Of a stretch of 64,000 nucleotides of DNA, positions 1 to 8,757 are shown piece by piece. Position 1 is the stretch's first letter; each line of letters begins with the position of its first letter. This DNA is from an uncultured Bacillota bacterium (lineage in GTDB: Bacteria > Bacillota > Clostridia > Christensenellales > UBA1242), in the NCBI GenBank assembly GCA_900544595.1, contig UQVQ01000004.1, positions 64,275-128,274 of the forward strand, written 5' to 3'. Both the position numbers and the translations under genes were made by a program. The notes beneath the pieces are model-generated. The model was not told the DNA's origin. It did no database searches and saw only the letters and a list, made by a program, of their open reading frames with translations.

Positions 1-169
1 TCTTAATAAAAACAAAATGTTGTTACTTTTAAATGGTATTTTGTGTTAATAACTTTGTTTATTTCTTGGAAAAGTTATTAACATTTCAACAATTTTTGTG
101 TTAACAAGCCGAGGAAAGATGATTTCAAAAAAGAAAAAAGAAAAAGTTTAAGTTTTAATAATTTTTGTT

Positions 170-197
170 TTGACAATATTTATTATTGTTGTATAAT
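170..197 (+). promoter_or_regulatory. sigma-A-type promoter upstream of lipoprotein gene
   Basis: TTGACA 170-175, 16-nt spacer, TATAAT 192-197, 36 nt upstream of GTG 234. Confidence 0.5.
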
Positions 198-233
198 ACT
201 TCCACTAATGTCTATGTATAGGAGAGATTTAAA

Positions 234-2393
234 GTGAAAAAGAAAATTTTTGCAATCTTAGCTATGGTTCTCTGTGTTTGTTTTTGCTTTGCTGGGTGTA
301 ACTTATTTCCAGAAAACAACGAAGTTATTAAGAATCAAGAAGTTGCAACTTCAAACATAAATTCAATAACTCGCGAAGAATTTATTAAAGGATATAATAA
401 CTACTACACAACTTTCTATAATCAAACAAACGATAAAGATAAAGCAATTGAAAAACTAATTGAATATCTTCTTTCAAAGAAAGTATATTTAAACGATGCT
501 AAAAATCTCTTAAATGAAGGGAAAATATCTTTAACCAGAACCGAAGAAAACTATCTTTGGCACACAACTTTAAATTCAATTATAACAAACATCGAATCGT
601 TTGAAGAAAAAGTTAGAAACTCTTTGAAAGATGAAAATAAAGAAACAACTGAAGACGACGAAACTCCAAAGAAAGAGTCGCAATTTGTTTACACTTCCTA
701 CACTCCAAAAGCAATTGTTGTTTTCGATAACGAAACAAATCAATATAAAATTGTTGTTGTTAAACAAGTTCTTGTTAAGAAAACAGAAGATGGAAAAGAA
801 AAATATGAATATGTAACAGAAAACGAAGCAAAAGGCTATGATGATTCAAGTTTCAAAAAATATGACATTTCCCATGTTTTAAACGGAATTAACAGCGAAA
901 AACTTTTTGAAGGAAAAACTGAATTAACTAAAGAAGAAATAGAACAAAAAGTTATAACTAAAGAAGCAATAAGAAGATATATTGTCCAACTTAAAACAAA
1001 CGAAGAAGGAAAAAATCTTTCAACAGAAAACAGTGAAGTTTTTCAAAGAGAAATTGAAAGAATCTATAACATTCTTTATGAGAGTATGTTAATTAACAAG
1101 CTTTATGAATATAAAACAAAAGACATTAAAGTTAATGAAGATGAATTTCTTAACCTATATCTTTCAAAAGTTAAGGCTTGCTACGACAGATATTATAAAG
1201 ATGAAAAAGTTTTTATCAATGAATTAACAAAAACAATTGGAAATGCAAAAATGTGGGGAAGTAGCAACTGCATTGAAAATGTTTTCTATGTTCCAAAAGA
1301 CTTAAGCGAAAATTTCTTTTTTGTAACACACATTGTTGTTAAACTAACCGAAAGCCAAATTCAAAAAATTAACGACCTTAAAGAATATTGCGAAGCAAAT
1401 GGTAAAGACGATGCATATTATAAAGAAGAATTGTATAAAATTGTTCCAAATTTAAGCGATGATATTATAAGCAAAGTTATTGAACTTATGTTTAAACTTG
1501 AAAAAGAAGAAGTTACAAAAGAGCAATATGAAACCGAACTTCTTTCAATAATTGGTTCAAAACTTTTAATGGTTAATGAAAGAGATGGCGAAGGAAATGT
1601 AACAAAAGATGTTAAAACAATTCAAGAAATGGTTGCATCGTTATATCGCGAACTCGACGAAATTTATGTTAAATATTATGGAGAAAAAGACACTCCAATA
1701 ACATTAAATGGACATATCTATACCCCAGCTGAAAATGGTCTTATTAAAGAAGAACAAGCAAAGGGAGCAAGCGCAAATAAACTTGTTTTAGAGCAACTTC
1801 AAATAGATTATCAAAATGCAAGAGGTGATAAGTTCAACGAATATGTTTATAAATATAGCTCCGACACAGGAACAATCCAAATTCAACAATCATACTTTGG
1901 CGGTTCAAACGAAAACTGGTATTTATATGCAATTGGTGATAAAAACACAGATAACGGCTTTGTTAAATCCTTTATTGAAGCAGCAAGAGAGCTTAACTCA
2001 AACGGCGAAATAGCATCAGTTAAAACATTTTTAATGGAAAACTGGCAAACAAGTGATGGGAAAGAAACTTTGAAAGAACAAAGCACAGGATTTAGCACAA
2101 TGTTCTATGCTGGAAAAGTTTCAAACCTCTTCGAATGTTTCGATAACGAAAAGTTTACTCTTGAAGATTTATTTGCAGAAGAAAGCGCATCGGGAAATGC
2201 AAAATACTACTCGCTTTTAAAAATGAGCCAGTATCGTTTAGGACTTACAATGAATAAAACCCTTTTTGACCTTATCTTCGAGGAATACTACGACTCAATG
2301 TATAATGAAATCATTAGCATCTACGAAGATGAAATTTTAAAAGATGACGAAGTTAAAATTAACTATGACATCATTAAACAAATAACAGGTTAA
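234..2393 (+). CDS. Large lipoprotein, possibly a SurA/PrsA-N-terminal-like chaperone; no PPIase motif seen
   Basis: 719-aa ORF. Signal peptide with lipobox (CFCFAGC). GGAGAG SD before the GTG. Terminator follows directly. Confidence 0.6.
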   Translation: MKKKIFAILAMVLCVCFCFAGCNLFPENNEVIKNQEVATSNINSITREEFIKGYNNYYTTFYNQTNDKDKAIEKLIEYLLSKKVYLNDAKNLLNEGKISLTRTEENYLWHTTLNSIITNIESFEEKVRNSLKDENKETTEDDETPKKESQFVYTSYTPKAIVVFDNETNQYKIVVVKQVLVKKTEDGKEKYEYVTENEAKGYDDSSFKKYDISHVLNGINSEKLFEGKTELTKEEIEQKVITKEAIRRYIVQLKTNEEGKNLSTENSEVFQREIERIYNILYESMLINKLYEYKTKDIKVNEDEFLNLYLSKVKACYDRYYKDEKVFINELTKTIGNAKMWGSSNCIENVFYVPKDLSENFFFVTHIVVKLTESQIQKINDLKEYCEANGKDDAYYKEELYKIVPNLSDDIISKVIELMFKLEKEEVTKEQYETELLSIIGSKLLMVNERDGEGNVTKDVKTIQEMVASLYRELDEIYVKYYGEKDTPITLNGHIYTPAENGLIKEEQAKGASANKLVLEQLQIDYQNARGDKFNEYVYKYSSDTGTIQIQQSYFGGSNENWYLYAIGDKNTDNGFVKSFIEAARELNSNGEIASVKTFLMENWQTSDGKETLKEQSTGFSTMFYAGKVSNLFECFDNEKFTLEDLFAEESASGNAKYYSLLKMSQYRLGLTMNKTLFDLIFEEYYDSMYNEIISIYEDEILKDDEVKINYDIIKQITG

Positions 2394-2400
2394 TAAAATA

Positions 2401-2430
2401 AAGCAGCACTTAATTAAGTGCTGCTTTTTT
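2401..2430 (+). terminator. Rho-independent terminator
   Basis: AAGCAGCAC-loop-GTGCTGCTT followed by a T-run. Confidence 0.8.
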
Positions 2431-2525
2431 ATCAATTAATTTAATCAATATTTAATTATTTAAGAAAATAAATTAAAAAATAAGAAAAAATAAATAAATT
2501 TATTAAAAAATATTAAATTAAAATG

Positions 2526-2550
2526 AAAATCCGCTTAAATTGCGGATTTT
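2526..2550 (-). terminator. Terminator hairpin downstream of the DUF1540 gene (symmetrical A/T flanks)
   Basis: AAAATCCGC-TTAAATT-GCGGATTTT. Confidence 0.7.
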
Positions 2551-2558
2551 AATATATT

Positions 2559-2714
2559 TTATTTGCAACAAAATGTTTTACAAAAATGTGCTTTATCTTC
2601 TTTTCCTTTTGTAACTTTAATTGTGTCCATTTCACAGTTGCAACCGTCAAGATTATGAACACATTCGCAAACATCGCAGCAAACGCCGCTGTTAGTTTTT
2701 TTAACTTCGTCCAT
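2559..2714 (-). CDS. Small Cys-rich protein, DUF1540-like (51 aa); below the ORF-track size cutoff
   Basis: My translation: MDEVKKTNSGVCCDVCECVHNLDGCNCEMDTIKVTKGKEDKAHFCKTFCCK. AGGGAGGGAAG SD 5 nt upstream. Terminator downstream. Confidence 0.55.
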   Translation of the reverse strand: MDEVKKTNSGVCCDVCECVHNLDGCNCEMDTIKVTKGKEDKAHFCKTFCCK

Positions 2715-2801
2715 TTTCTTCCCTCCTTATTTTAGTTTGTTCAAAACTAAATTTTTTATTTATTGTTTTACTTTTTTCTAAAAGAACGCTATAATATAAA
2801 T

Positions 2802-3464
2802 ATGATAATTGAGGAAACAAAAGTAAACTTTTTTGAGAGTATTATGCTAAAACCCTGTGCGGTTAAAGAAAAAACTCCAAAGAAAAAAATTAAACTTATT
2901 GTTGGGCTTGGAAACCCAGATAAGAAATATTTCGACACCTACCATAACATAGGATTTTGTTTTATTGATAAGTTAAGTTCTAAACTTGATATTAAAGTTA
3001 AGAAAAAGGAATGTAAAAGCCTAACAGGCGAAGGGTTTATTGAAAGAGAAGAACAACAAATCGACCCTAAAACAGGCAAAATTCAAACTAAGATAATAAA
3101 AGAAAAAATCATTTTAGCAAAGCCTCAAACTTATATGAATTTAAGCGGCGAGGCAGTTCTTGAACTTGTTAAAAAATATAAATTTTCTCTTGACGAAATT
3201 TTGATTGTTCTTGACGACATCGATATTGAAGCTGGAACCTATCGCTATCGTGAAAACGGAAGCGGGGGAACTCATAATGGGCTTCGAAACATTGTTCAAC
3301 TTCTTAAATCGCAAGACTTTAAAAGAATCCGAATTGGAATTGGGAAAGACGAAAGAATGGACTTAGCAGATTATGTTCTTTCAAAAATTTCAAAAGAAAA
3401 TAAAGAAAAAATAAACGAAGCAATGGAAAGAGCTATTGAATATTTAAAAACGTTGATTTATTAA
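2802..3464 (+). CDS. pth: Peptidyl-tRNA hydrolase
   Basis: LIVGLGNPDKKYFDTYHNIGF and YMNLSG motifs. Start uncertain: ATG 2802 lies 6 nt after TATAAT 2790-2795; ATG 2844 is the alternative. Confidence 0.85.
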   Translation: MIIEETKVNFFESIMLKPCAVKEKTPKKKIKLIVGLGNPDKKYFDTYHNIGFCFIDKLSSKLDIKVKKKECKSLTGEGFIEREEQQIDPKTGKIQTKIIKEKIILAKPQTYMNLSGEAVLELVKKYKFSLDEILIVLDDIDIEAGTYRYRENGSGGTHNGLRNIVQLLKSQDFKRIRIGIGKDERMDLADYVLSKISKENKEKINEAMERAIEYLKTLIY

Positions 3465-3480
3465 AAAATAAAAAAAATAT

Positions 3481-3510
3481 AAAAAAAAGAGCAAAAATTG
3501 CTCTTTTTTT
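3481..3510. terminator. Bidirectional terminator between convergent pth and dnaA
   Basis: A-run, AGAGCA-loop-TGCTCT, T-run. Confidence 0.75.
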
Positions 3511-3519
3511 GTTTAATTA

Positions 3520-4884
3520 TTAGTTATTTTCGTTCAAGATTTCCTTAACAGCAGTAACAAAAGATTTAATTTTTCCGTTTTCTTTAAGTTGTTCTGTTAT
3601 CTTATCGCGAGCGTGAATTATTGTTGTGTGGTCGCGTCCGCCAAAAGTTTTTCCAATAACAACAAGAGGGATGTCGAGCATTTCGCAAATTAAATAAATT
3701 GCAATCATTCTTGGCTCAACAATTTCTTTGTTTTTCTTTTTTCCAACAATATCGCTTTTTGAAACTGAAAAATATTTGCAAACTGCGTTGATAATTATGT
3801 CGGGGTTAAGATCTTCTCTTTTCTCGTCAAGGTCGTCTTTAAATGCTTCTCTTGCATCTTCAATTGTTGCAATTTTCTTTCCTGTTAGTGTTGCAAAGAA
3901 ATATACTTTTGAAAGAAGCCCCTCCATTTCTCTTATGTTTGTGTCTGCTTTTTCGGCAATCATGTTAATAACATCATCGTCGATGTAGTATTTTTCAAGT
4001 TGAGCTTTCTTTCTTAAAATTGCAACGCGAGTTTCAAAATCTGGAATTTGCATATCTTGAATAAAACCGCTTGCAAAACGCGATTTAAGACGGTCGCTTA
4101 AAGTTGCAATTTCTTTTGGAGGGCGATCTGAGGCAATAATAATTTGTTTATTGTTTTGAAAAAGGTCGTTAAACGTGTGGAAAAATTCTTCCTGTGTTTC
4201 GTTTTTGTTGCTAATAAATTGAATGTCGTCAACCATTAAAACATCGTTGTTTCGATATTTTTCGCGGAACTTGTTAATGTTAAGTTCTTTTGCACTTCCG
4301 TGAAGAGAGTTAATATAGTCGTTTGTGAATTTTTCGCAAGTTACATATTTAAGTTTTAAGTCTGGATTTTCGTTTGTTATATAGTTTCCAATTGCGTGAA
4401 GAAGGTGGGTTTTTCCAAGCCCAACGCCGCCATAGATGAAAAGAGGGTTAAATCTTTTCCCTGGGTTTTCTGCAACAGAATGGGCAGCAGCATAAACAAT
4501 TTGGTTGCATTTTCCAACAACGAAATTATCGAAAGTATATTTTGGGTTAAGAGCAGAACTTTGATCTTGTTCTTCTTTTCCAATTATTGCTTGATTTGTT
4601 TCAGACTTATTCTTTTTAAGATATTCTTTCTTTTCAATTGGATCTAAAACTTCAAAAGTGACGTCCTCTCCAAAAACATCTGCAATTGCTTCTTTGAGTT
4701 GGTCGTTATGTCGTTTTAAAAGTTGTTTTTTTGCATATTCCGTGTTAGCAACCAAAATAAGTTTCTCGCTGTTTGGAAAATCAAGAACCTCCAAAGGTTC
4801 AATCCAAAGCTCAAAAGAAACGGCGCTAACCATTATTTCAATTTTATTTAAAACTGTTTTCCAAAGTTCTTGTAGTTCTCTCAT
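3520..4884 (-). CDS. dnaA: Chromosomal replication initiator DnaA
   Basis: Walker A GGVGLGKTHL and the C-terminal DnaA-box-binding region (GGRDHTTIIHA). Start moved to the MRELQELW ATG at 4884, which has a GAGGAAG SD. Confidence 0.93.
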   Translation of the reverse strand: MRELQELWKTVLNKIEIMVSAVSFELWIEPLEVLDFPNSEKLILVANTEYAKKQLLKRHNDQLKEAIADVFGEDVTFEVLDPIEKKEYLKKNKSETNQAIIGKEEQDQSSALNPKYTFDNFVVGKCNQIVYAAAHSVAENPGKRFNPLFIYGGVGLGKTHLLHAIGNYITNENPDLKLKYVTCEKFTNDYINSLHGSAKELNINKFREKYRNNDVLMVDDIQFISNKNETQEEFFHTFNDLFQNNKQIIIASDRPPKEIATLSDRLKSRFASGFIQDMQIPDFETRVAILRKKAQLEKYYIDDDVINMIAEKADTNIREMEGLLSKVYFFATLTGKKIATIEDAREAFKDDLDEKREDLNPDIIINAVCKYFSVSKSDIVGKKKNKEIVEPRMIAIYLICEMLDIPLVVIGKTFGGRDHTTIIHARDKITEQLKENGKIKSFVTAVKEILNENN

Positions 4885-4937
4885 TTTTCTTCCTCGAGAA
4901 CGATTATAACATAAAAAAATAAATTTGAAACAAAAAA

Positions 4938-4946
4938 TGTGGATAA
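4938..4946. promoter_or_regulatory. Perfect DnaA box (TGTGGATAA = TTATCCACA)
   Basis: It is the only consensus box in the 201-bp dnaA-rpmH gap. It sits in the 15-mer AAATGTGGATAACTT, also present at 47337 and 47432. Confidence 0.7.
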
Positions 4947-4997
4947 CTTTAAATATTTTTTTAAAGGGGCAAGGAGGAAAAGAGAAATAAAAAAGAT

Positions 4998-5026
4998 TTG
5001 ACTTTGTAAATGTATTCATATATAAT
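4998..5026 (+). promoter_or_regulatory. sigma-A promoter of the rpmH operon
   Basis: TTGACT 4998-5003, 17-nt spacer, TATAAT 5021-5026. Confidence 0.65.
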
Positions 5027-5085
5027 CAAATTTACTTATGGAAAAGTATTTCTTTTTTATGGGAAAAATATAACAGGAGGGAAAA

Positions 5086-5220
5086 ATGAAAAGAACTTAT
5101 CAACCAAAGAAACGTCAAAGAAACAAAGTTCATGGTTTCCGTGCAAGAATGAAAACACAAGGCGGAAGAAACGTTGTTAAAAGACGCAGAAACAGAGGAA
5201 GAGCAAAACTTTCGGCATAA
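5086..5220 (+). CDS. rpmH: 50S ribosomal protein L34 (not in ORF track)
   Basis: My translation: [53 protein letters not shown]. Confidence 0.93.
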   Translation: MKRTYQPKKRQRNKVHGFRARMKTQGGRNVVKRRRNRGRAKLSA

Positions 5221-5232
5221 GGGAGGCGAGTT

Positions 5233-5619
5233 ATGCTACCTAAACAAAATCGTCTTAAAAAAAACAAGCAGTTCACTTATATTTATAAAAACGGGCAAAC
5301 TAAACACGCAAATAAGTTGTCTTTAAGTTACATTAAAACCAAATTCCAACCTTTTAAAGTTGGGTTCACTGTTAGTAAAAAAATTGGAAACAGTGTTACA
5401 AGAAGCAGAGTTAAAAGACTTCTTCGAGAAGCAACAAGAATTGAGCTTAACAATTTCAACAAAAGTTATAACTATATTTTCATTGCTAGGGAAGGGATAG
5501 ACCAAGAAAACCTCAATTCAATTCGGAAAACAATTGTTTCTTTGCTTGAAAAAGCAGGGCTACATTCAAAAAACGAAAACAAGCCAGAAGGCAAAAATAT
5601 AGATGAAAACATTTCTTAA
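5233..5619 (+). CDS. rnpA: RNase P protein component
   Basis: Basic 128-aa protein directly after rpmH; VGFTVSKKIGNSVTRSRVKRLLRE motif. Confidence 0.88.
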   Translation: MLPKQNRLKKNKQFTYIYKNGQTKHANKLSLSYIKTKFQPFKVGFTVSKKIGNSVTRSRVKRLLREATRIELNNFNKSYNYIFIAREGIDQENLNSIRKTIVSLLEKAGLHSKNENKPEGKNIDENIS

Positions 5620-5878
5620 AATAATAGCCTATCCTTTTAGGTTTTTATTGCTTTGTTTAGTTAAATTTTATAAATTTTGTATAAGTCCAATTTTGCCATC
5701 AACTTGTGGATTTGTTCCAACTTGTTCAACATATATGGAACAGGCAATTAAGGAATTTGGGCCGTTTAAAGGAACTTGGCTTGGAATTAAAAGGCTCTCA
5801 AAATGCAGGCCAGGGGGAAAATGTGGGTTCGACCCAATTCCTCTTAACATTAAAGGAGAATTAAAATGGCTTTTATAA
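5603..5878 (+). CDS. yidD: Membrane protein insertion efficiency factor YidD
   Basis: ISPILPSTCGFVPTCSTYMEQAI...CRPGGKCGFDPIP. Confidence 0.88.
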   Translation: MKTFLKIIAYPFRFLLLCLVKFYKFCISPILPSTCGFVPTCSTYMEQAIKEFGPFKGTWLGIKRLSKCRPGGKCGFDPIPLNIKGELKWLL

Positions 5879-7218
5879 CCAAACTTTCAAACTTCTTTTG
5901 CTCTGCGGCAATCAAAGAACCAACAGGAGTTTGGGAAAAAATTATCATGGCATTCCATAACGGAATTCCAAACTATGCTTGGGCAATCATTGTTTTCACA
6001 ATAGTTGTTAAGCTTGTTATCTTTCCTTTGGATTTTGTTAACAGAAGAATTTCTGCAAAAAATGCAAAAGTTCAGGCGCTTGTCCAGCCAGAAATTGAAG
6101 ATATCCAAAAAAAATATGGCAACAACAAGCAAATGATTAACCAAAAAACAATGGAAATCTATAAAAAGCATAACTACAACGTCACGGGTTCGTGCGTTAT
6201 TATGCTTGTTTATATGGCTTTAACCTTATTCATTTTCATAACACTTTTCTCGGGTCTTAACAATATGGCAGCCTATAAAGTTGGTTCACAATATCAAGAA
6301 ATGGAAAATGCTTTTAACAAAGTTGCCTATGAAACCGAGGAAATTGAAACTGACTATGAAAAATATACAAATGCGTTCTCAACTGCATTTGAAAACAAAA
6401 AGTCGGAAATAAGACAACAAGCCGAAACCCAAAAGAAAAACGAAATTTTGGCAGATAAAGAAGAAGGATATCAGCTTACAGACGAAGATAAAGCCGCGAT
6501 AACAAAAGCGGGCGACGAAGCTGTTGCAAATCAAGATAACATCAATCTTTGTAATGACGCCGGAAAAACTGCGGGGGAAACCGCTTCGGGAAAAACTCTT
6601 GAAGAAATTATGGTTCCAATTAACGACGCAGTTGCAAAAAGATATAATGAAGTTAAAAACAGTTGGCTTTGGGTTGACAACGTTTGGAAAAGCGATGTGC
6701 CTTGGAAAAAATCGTCAACAACTTTCGACGAATTTGTTTCTCTTGCAAGAATAACATATAAAGACAGTTTGGGAGAAGGCGAGGAAGAAACATTTAATGT
6801 TCGTCTTTCAGCAAACAAAGAAGCCGACCGCGCAAAATACGACCTTGTTATGAGCGCTGTTGAAAGCGAAAACAGAGTTAATGGATATTTAATTATTCCA
6901 ATTGTTGCTGTTGCTGTTAATGTTCTTTCAATGCTTGCAAGCCAAGGGAAACTTAAATTTAAAAGAAAGAAAAAACAAGAAGGCGAAGAAAAATCTAACA
7001 AAATGCCTGGCGGAATTTTGATGTTGGTTCTTCTTCCAGCACTTATGGGATATATCACTCTTTCCTATAACACCGTGTTTGGTCTTTACATTCTTGTTGG
7101 TTCTCTTTTCTCGCTTGCAACAACACCACTTGTTAACTTTGGGATTAAAAAGTGGGACGAACTTGACGAAAAACGCAAGGCTAAAAAACAAAAGAAAGAA
7201 ATTTCTTATAAAAGATAG
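5866..7218 (+). CDS. yidC: YidC/Oxa1-family membrane insertase with a long hydrophilic loop insertion
   Basis: Synteny rnpA-yidD-yidC-jag. YidC-like TM/coiled-coil pattern (QPEIEDIQKKYGNNKQ). About 200 aa of extra hydrophilic sequence. Confidence 0.8.
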   Translation: MAFITKLSNFFCSAAIKEPTGVWEKIIMAFHNGIPNYAWAIIVFTIVVKLVIFPLDFVNRRISAKNAKVQALVQPEIEDIQKKYGNNKQMINQKTMEIYKKHNYNVTGSCVIMLVYMALTLFIFITLFSGLNNMAAYKVGSQYQEMENAFNKVAYETEEIETDYEKYTNAFSTAFENKKSEIRQQAETQKKNEILADKEEGYQLTDEDKAAITKAGDEAVANQDNINLCNDAGKTAGETASGKTLEEIMVPINDAVAKRYNEVKNSWLWVDNVWKSDVPWKKSSTTFDEFVSLARITYKDSLGEGEEETFNVRLSANKEADRAKYDLVMSAVESENRVNGYLIIPIVAVAVNVLSMLASQGKLKFKRKKKQEGEEKSNKMPGGILMLVLLPALMGYITLSYNTVFGLYILVGSLFSLATTPLVNFGIKKWDELDEKRKAKKQKKEISYKR

Positions 7219-7229
7219 GGGAGAAAAAT

Positions 7230-8042
7230 ATGAAAAGTTGTGAAGGAATTGGAAAATCAATTGAAAAAGCAATTGACAATGCACTTGAGCAATTAAATGC
7301 TAAAAGAGAAGATGTTGACATCAAAATTTTGGAAGAAGGCGGGCTTTTCAAAAAGGCAAAAGTTTTAGTAACAATTTCGGAAGATTGCGAAGAAGAATAT
7401 GAAAAACGCGCAAAAGAAATTGAAGAAGTTGAAGACGAAATTCTTGATGTTAAATCTTTCTTTAAAGATGTTGAAACTTTGATAAAAAACGAAGAAAAAG
7501 ACGCTAAAAAAGAAGAAAAACAAGAACAAAAAGAAGAGAAAAAACAACTTAAAGAAGAAAAGAAAGCAAACAAGAAAGAAAATAAACTTTCTGGCGTTGA
7601 TTTCATTAAAGGTCTTTTGGACGTAATTTCTCCAAACTATAATCTCTTTTTTGAAGAAGACGAAGAGAAAATTTTTGTTAAAGTTGAAGGTGGAAACACT
7701 GGCGACTTAATTGGTTATCGCGGGGAATGCTTAAATGCAATTCAATATGTTGCATCAGTTGTTGAAAATGAATTCTCTGGGAAGAGAAAAAGATTTATCT
7801 TAGACATTGAAAACTACCGCGAAAAGCGTGAAGAAACTCTCAAATCTCTTGCCCACAGAATGGAAACAAGAGTTGAAAAGAGCAAAAAAGCATTAAAACT
7901 TGAACCAATGAGCGCAAACGAGAGAAGAATTATCCACACCGAACTTCAAAAAAGCGAAAGCGTAACAACAACAAGCAAGGGAACTGAACCAAACAGATAT
8001 GTTGTTATTCTTCCAAAAGATAGCGCAGAAAACGAAGAATAG
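7230..8042 (+). CDS. jag: Jag/KhpB RNA-binding protein (Jag_N, KH, R3H) with a K/E-rich linker
   Basis: R3H motif ERRIIHTELQ; position after yidC. Confidence 0.85.
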   Translation: MKSCEGIGKSIEKAIDNALEQLNAKREDVDIKILEEGGLFKKAKVLVTISEDCEEEYEKRAKEIEEVEDEILDVKSFFKDVETLIKNEEKDAKKEEKQEQKEEKKQLKEEKKANKKENKLSGVDFIKGLLDVISPNYNLFFEEDEEKIFVKVEGGNTGDLIGYRGECLNAIQYVASVVENEFSGKRKRFILDIENYREKREETLKSLAHRMETRVEKSKKALKLEPMSANERRIIHTELQKSESVTTTSKGTEPNRYVVILPKDSAENEE

Positions 8043-8077
8043 TTGATTTAAAAATTTCAATATGTTAAAATAAAACC

Positions 8078-8734
8078 GTGAAAAAAATATTAACGGTTTT
8101 ATTTTCTTTATTAGCAGTTTTGGTGTTTGTTCCAACAATTCAAAATGTTAGCGCAGAAACTTTGAAAGTTAAAGTTTCTGTTTCTTCGTGTGCAATATTA
8201 GATGCGCCTCTTAACGGAGCAAACACAATGTACACCGCAAGTTTTGGCGACGAACTTGAAGTTCTTGGAACGGCGCAAACAGGCGAGCTTAGTTTCTATC
8301 AAGTTAAGATTCCAGGAAGCGAACAAAATGGGTGGGTTTTAAAAAACGCTGTTTCTGCGTCAAACAGTAAAGCACTTGAAAAAAGTCTTGACCCAAACGC
8401 AAAAACACTTAATAAAGATGTTAAAGTTTATTCAACCGAGAAACTTGAAAAGGGGAGTGAAATTATCATTGCGGGAAAACCTGTTCTTCTTTCTCAATTT
8501 CAAGAAGTTAAAATTGTTGGGGGATATAACAAAAACAGCGACTCAACAAAAATTATGTTTGAATATGAAAATCAAATTTTAACAGGCTATGTTAAAACTT
8601 CCGACCTTGTTGTTGAAGGTTTTAACGGAACAATAATTTTAATTGTTTTCATTTTCATTCTTGTTATTTCAATTATTGTTTCGATTATTGTTGCAACAAA
8701 GAAAAAACGTAAAAAAGCAAAAAATAAAACTTAG
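8078..8734 (+). CDS. Secreted SH3b-like domain protein with C-terminal TM anchor
   Basis: Signal peptide, an SH3b-like stretch (FYQVKIPGSEQNGWVLKNAV) and a C-terminal TM followed by KKKRKKAKNK. Confidence 0.55.
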   Translation: MKKILTVLFSLLAVLVFVPTIQNVSAETLKVKVSVSSCAILDAPLNGANTMYTASFGDELEVLGTAQTGELSFYQVKIPGSEQNGWVLKNAVSASNSKALEKSLDPNAKTLNKDVKVYSTEKLEKGSEIIIAGKPVLLSQFQEVKIVGGYNKNSDSTKIMFEYENQILTGYVKTSDLVVEGFNGTIILIVFIFILVISIIVSIIVATKKKRKKAKNKT

Positions 8735-8755
8735 GAATTTTCCTAAGTTTTTTTA
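8728..8755. terminator. Bidirectional terminator
   Basis: AACTTAGGA-ATTT-TCCTAAGTT plus T-run; overlaps the stop codon at 8732-8734. Confidence 0.7.
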
Positions 8756-8757
8756 TT

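Noticed and set aside
4885-5019. 45-aa N-terminal extension of the dnaA ORF
   Set aside because: The extension crosses the DnaA box and promoter region. The ATG at 4884 has a good SD and gives a canonical DnaA N-terminus.
7181-7606. 141-aa minus-strand ORF, and the 54202-54620 plus-strand ORFs
   Set aside because: These are low-complexity Ser/Phe-rich reverse frames of K/E-rich coding regions (the jag linker and the DUF2188 protein).
7930-7938. Perfect DnaA box TTATCCACA inside jag
   Set aside because: It coincides with the codons for the conserved R3H motif (RRIIHTE). It is a single isolated box, so it is most likely a coding coincidence.
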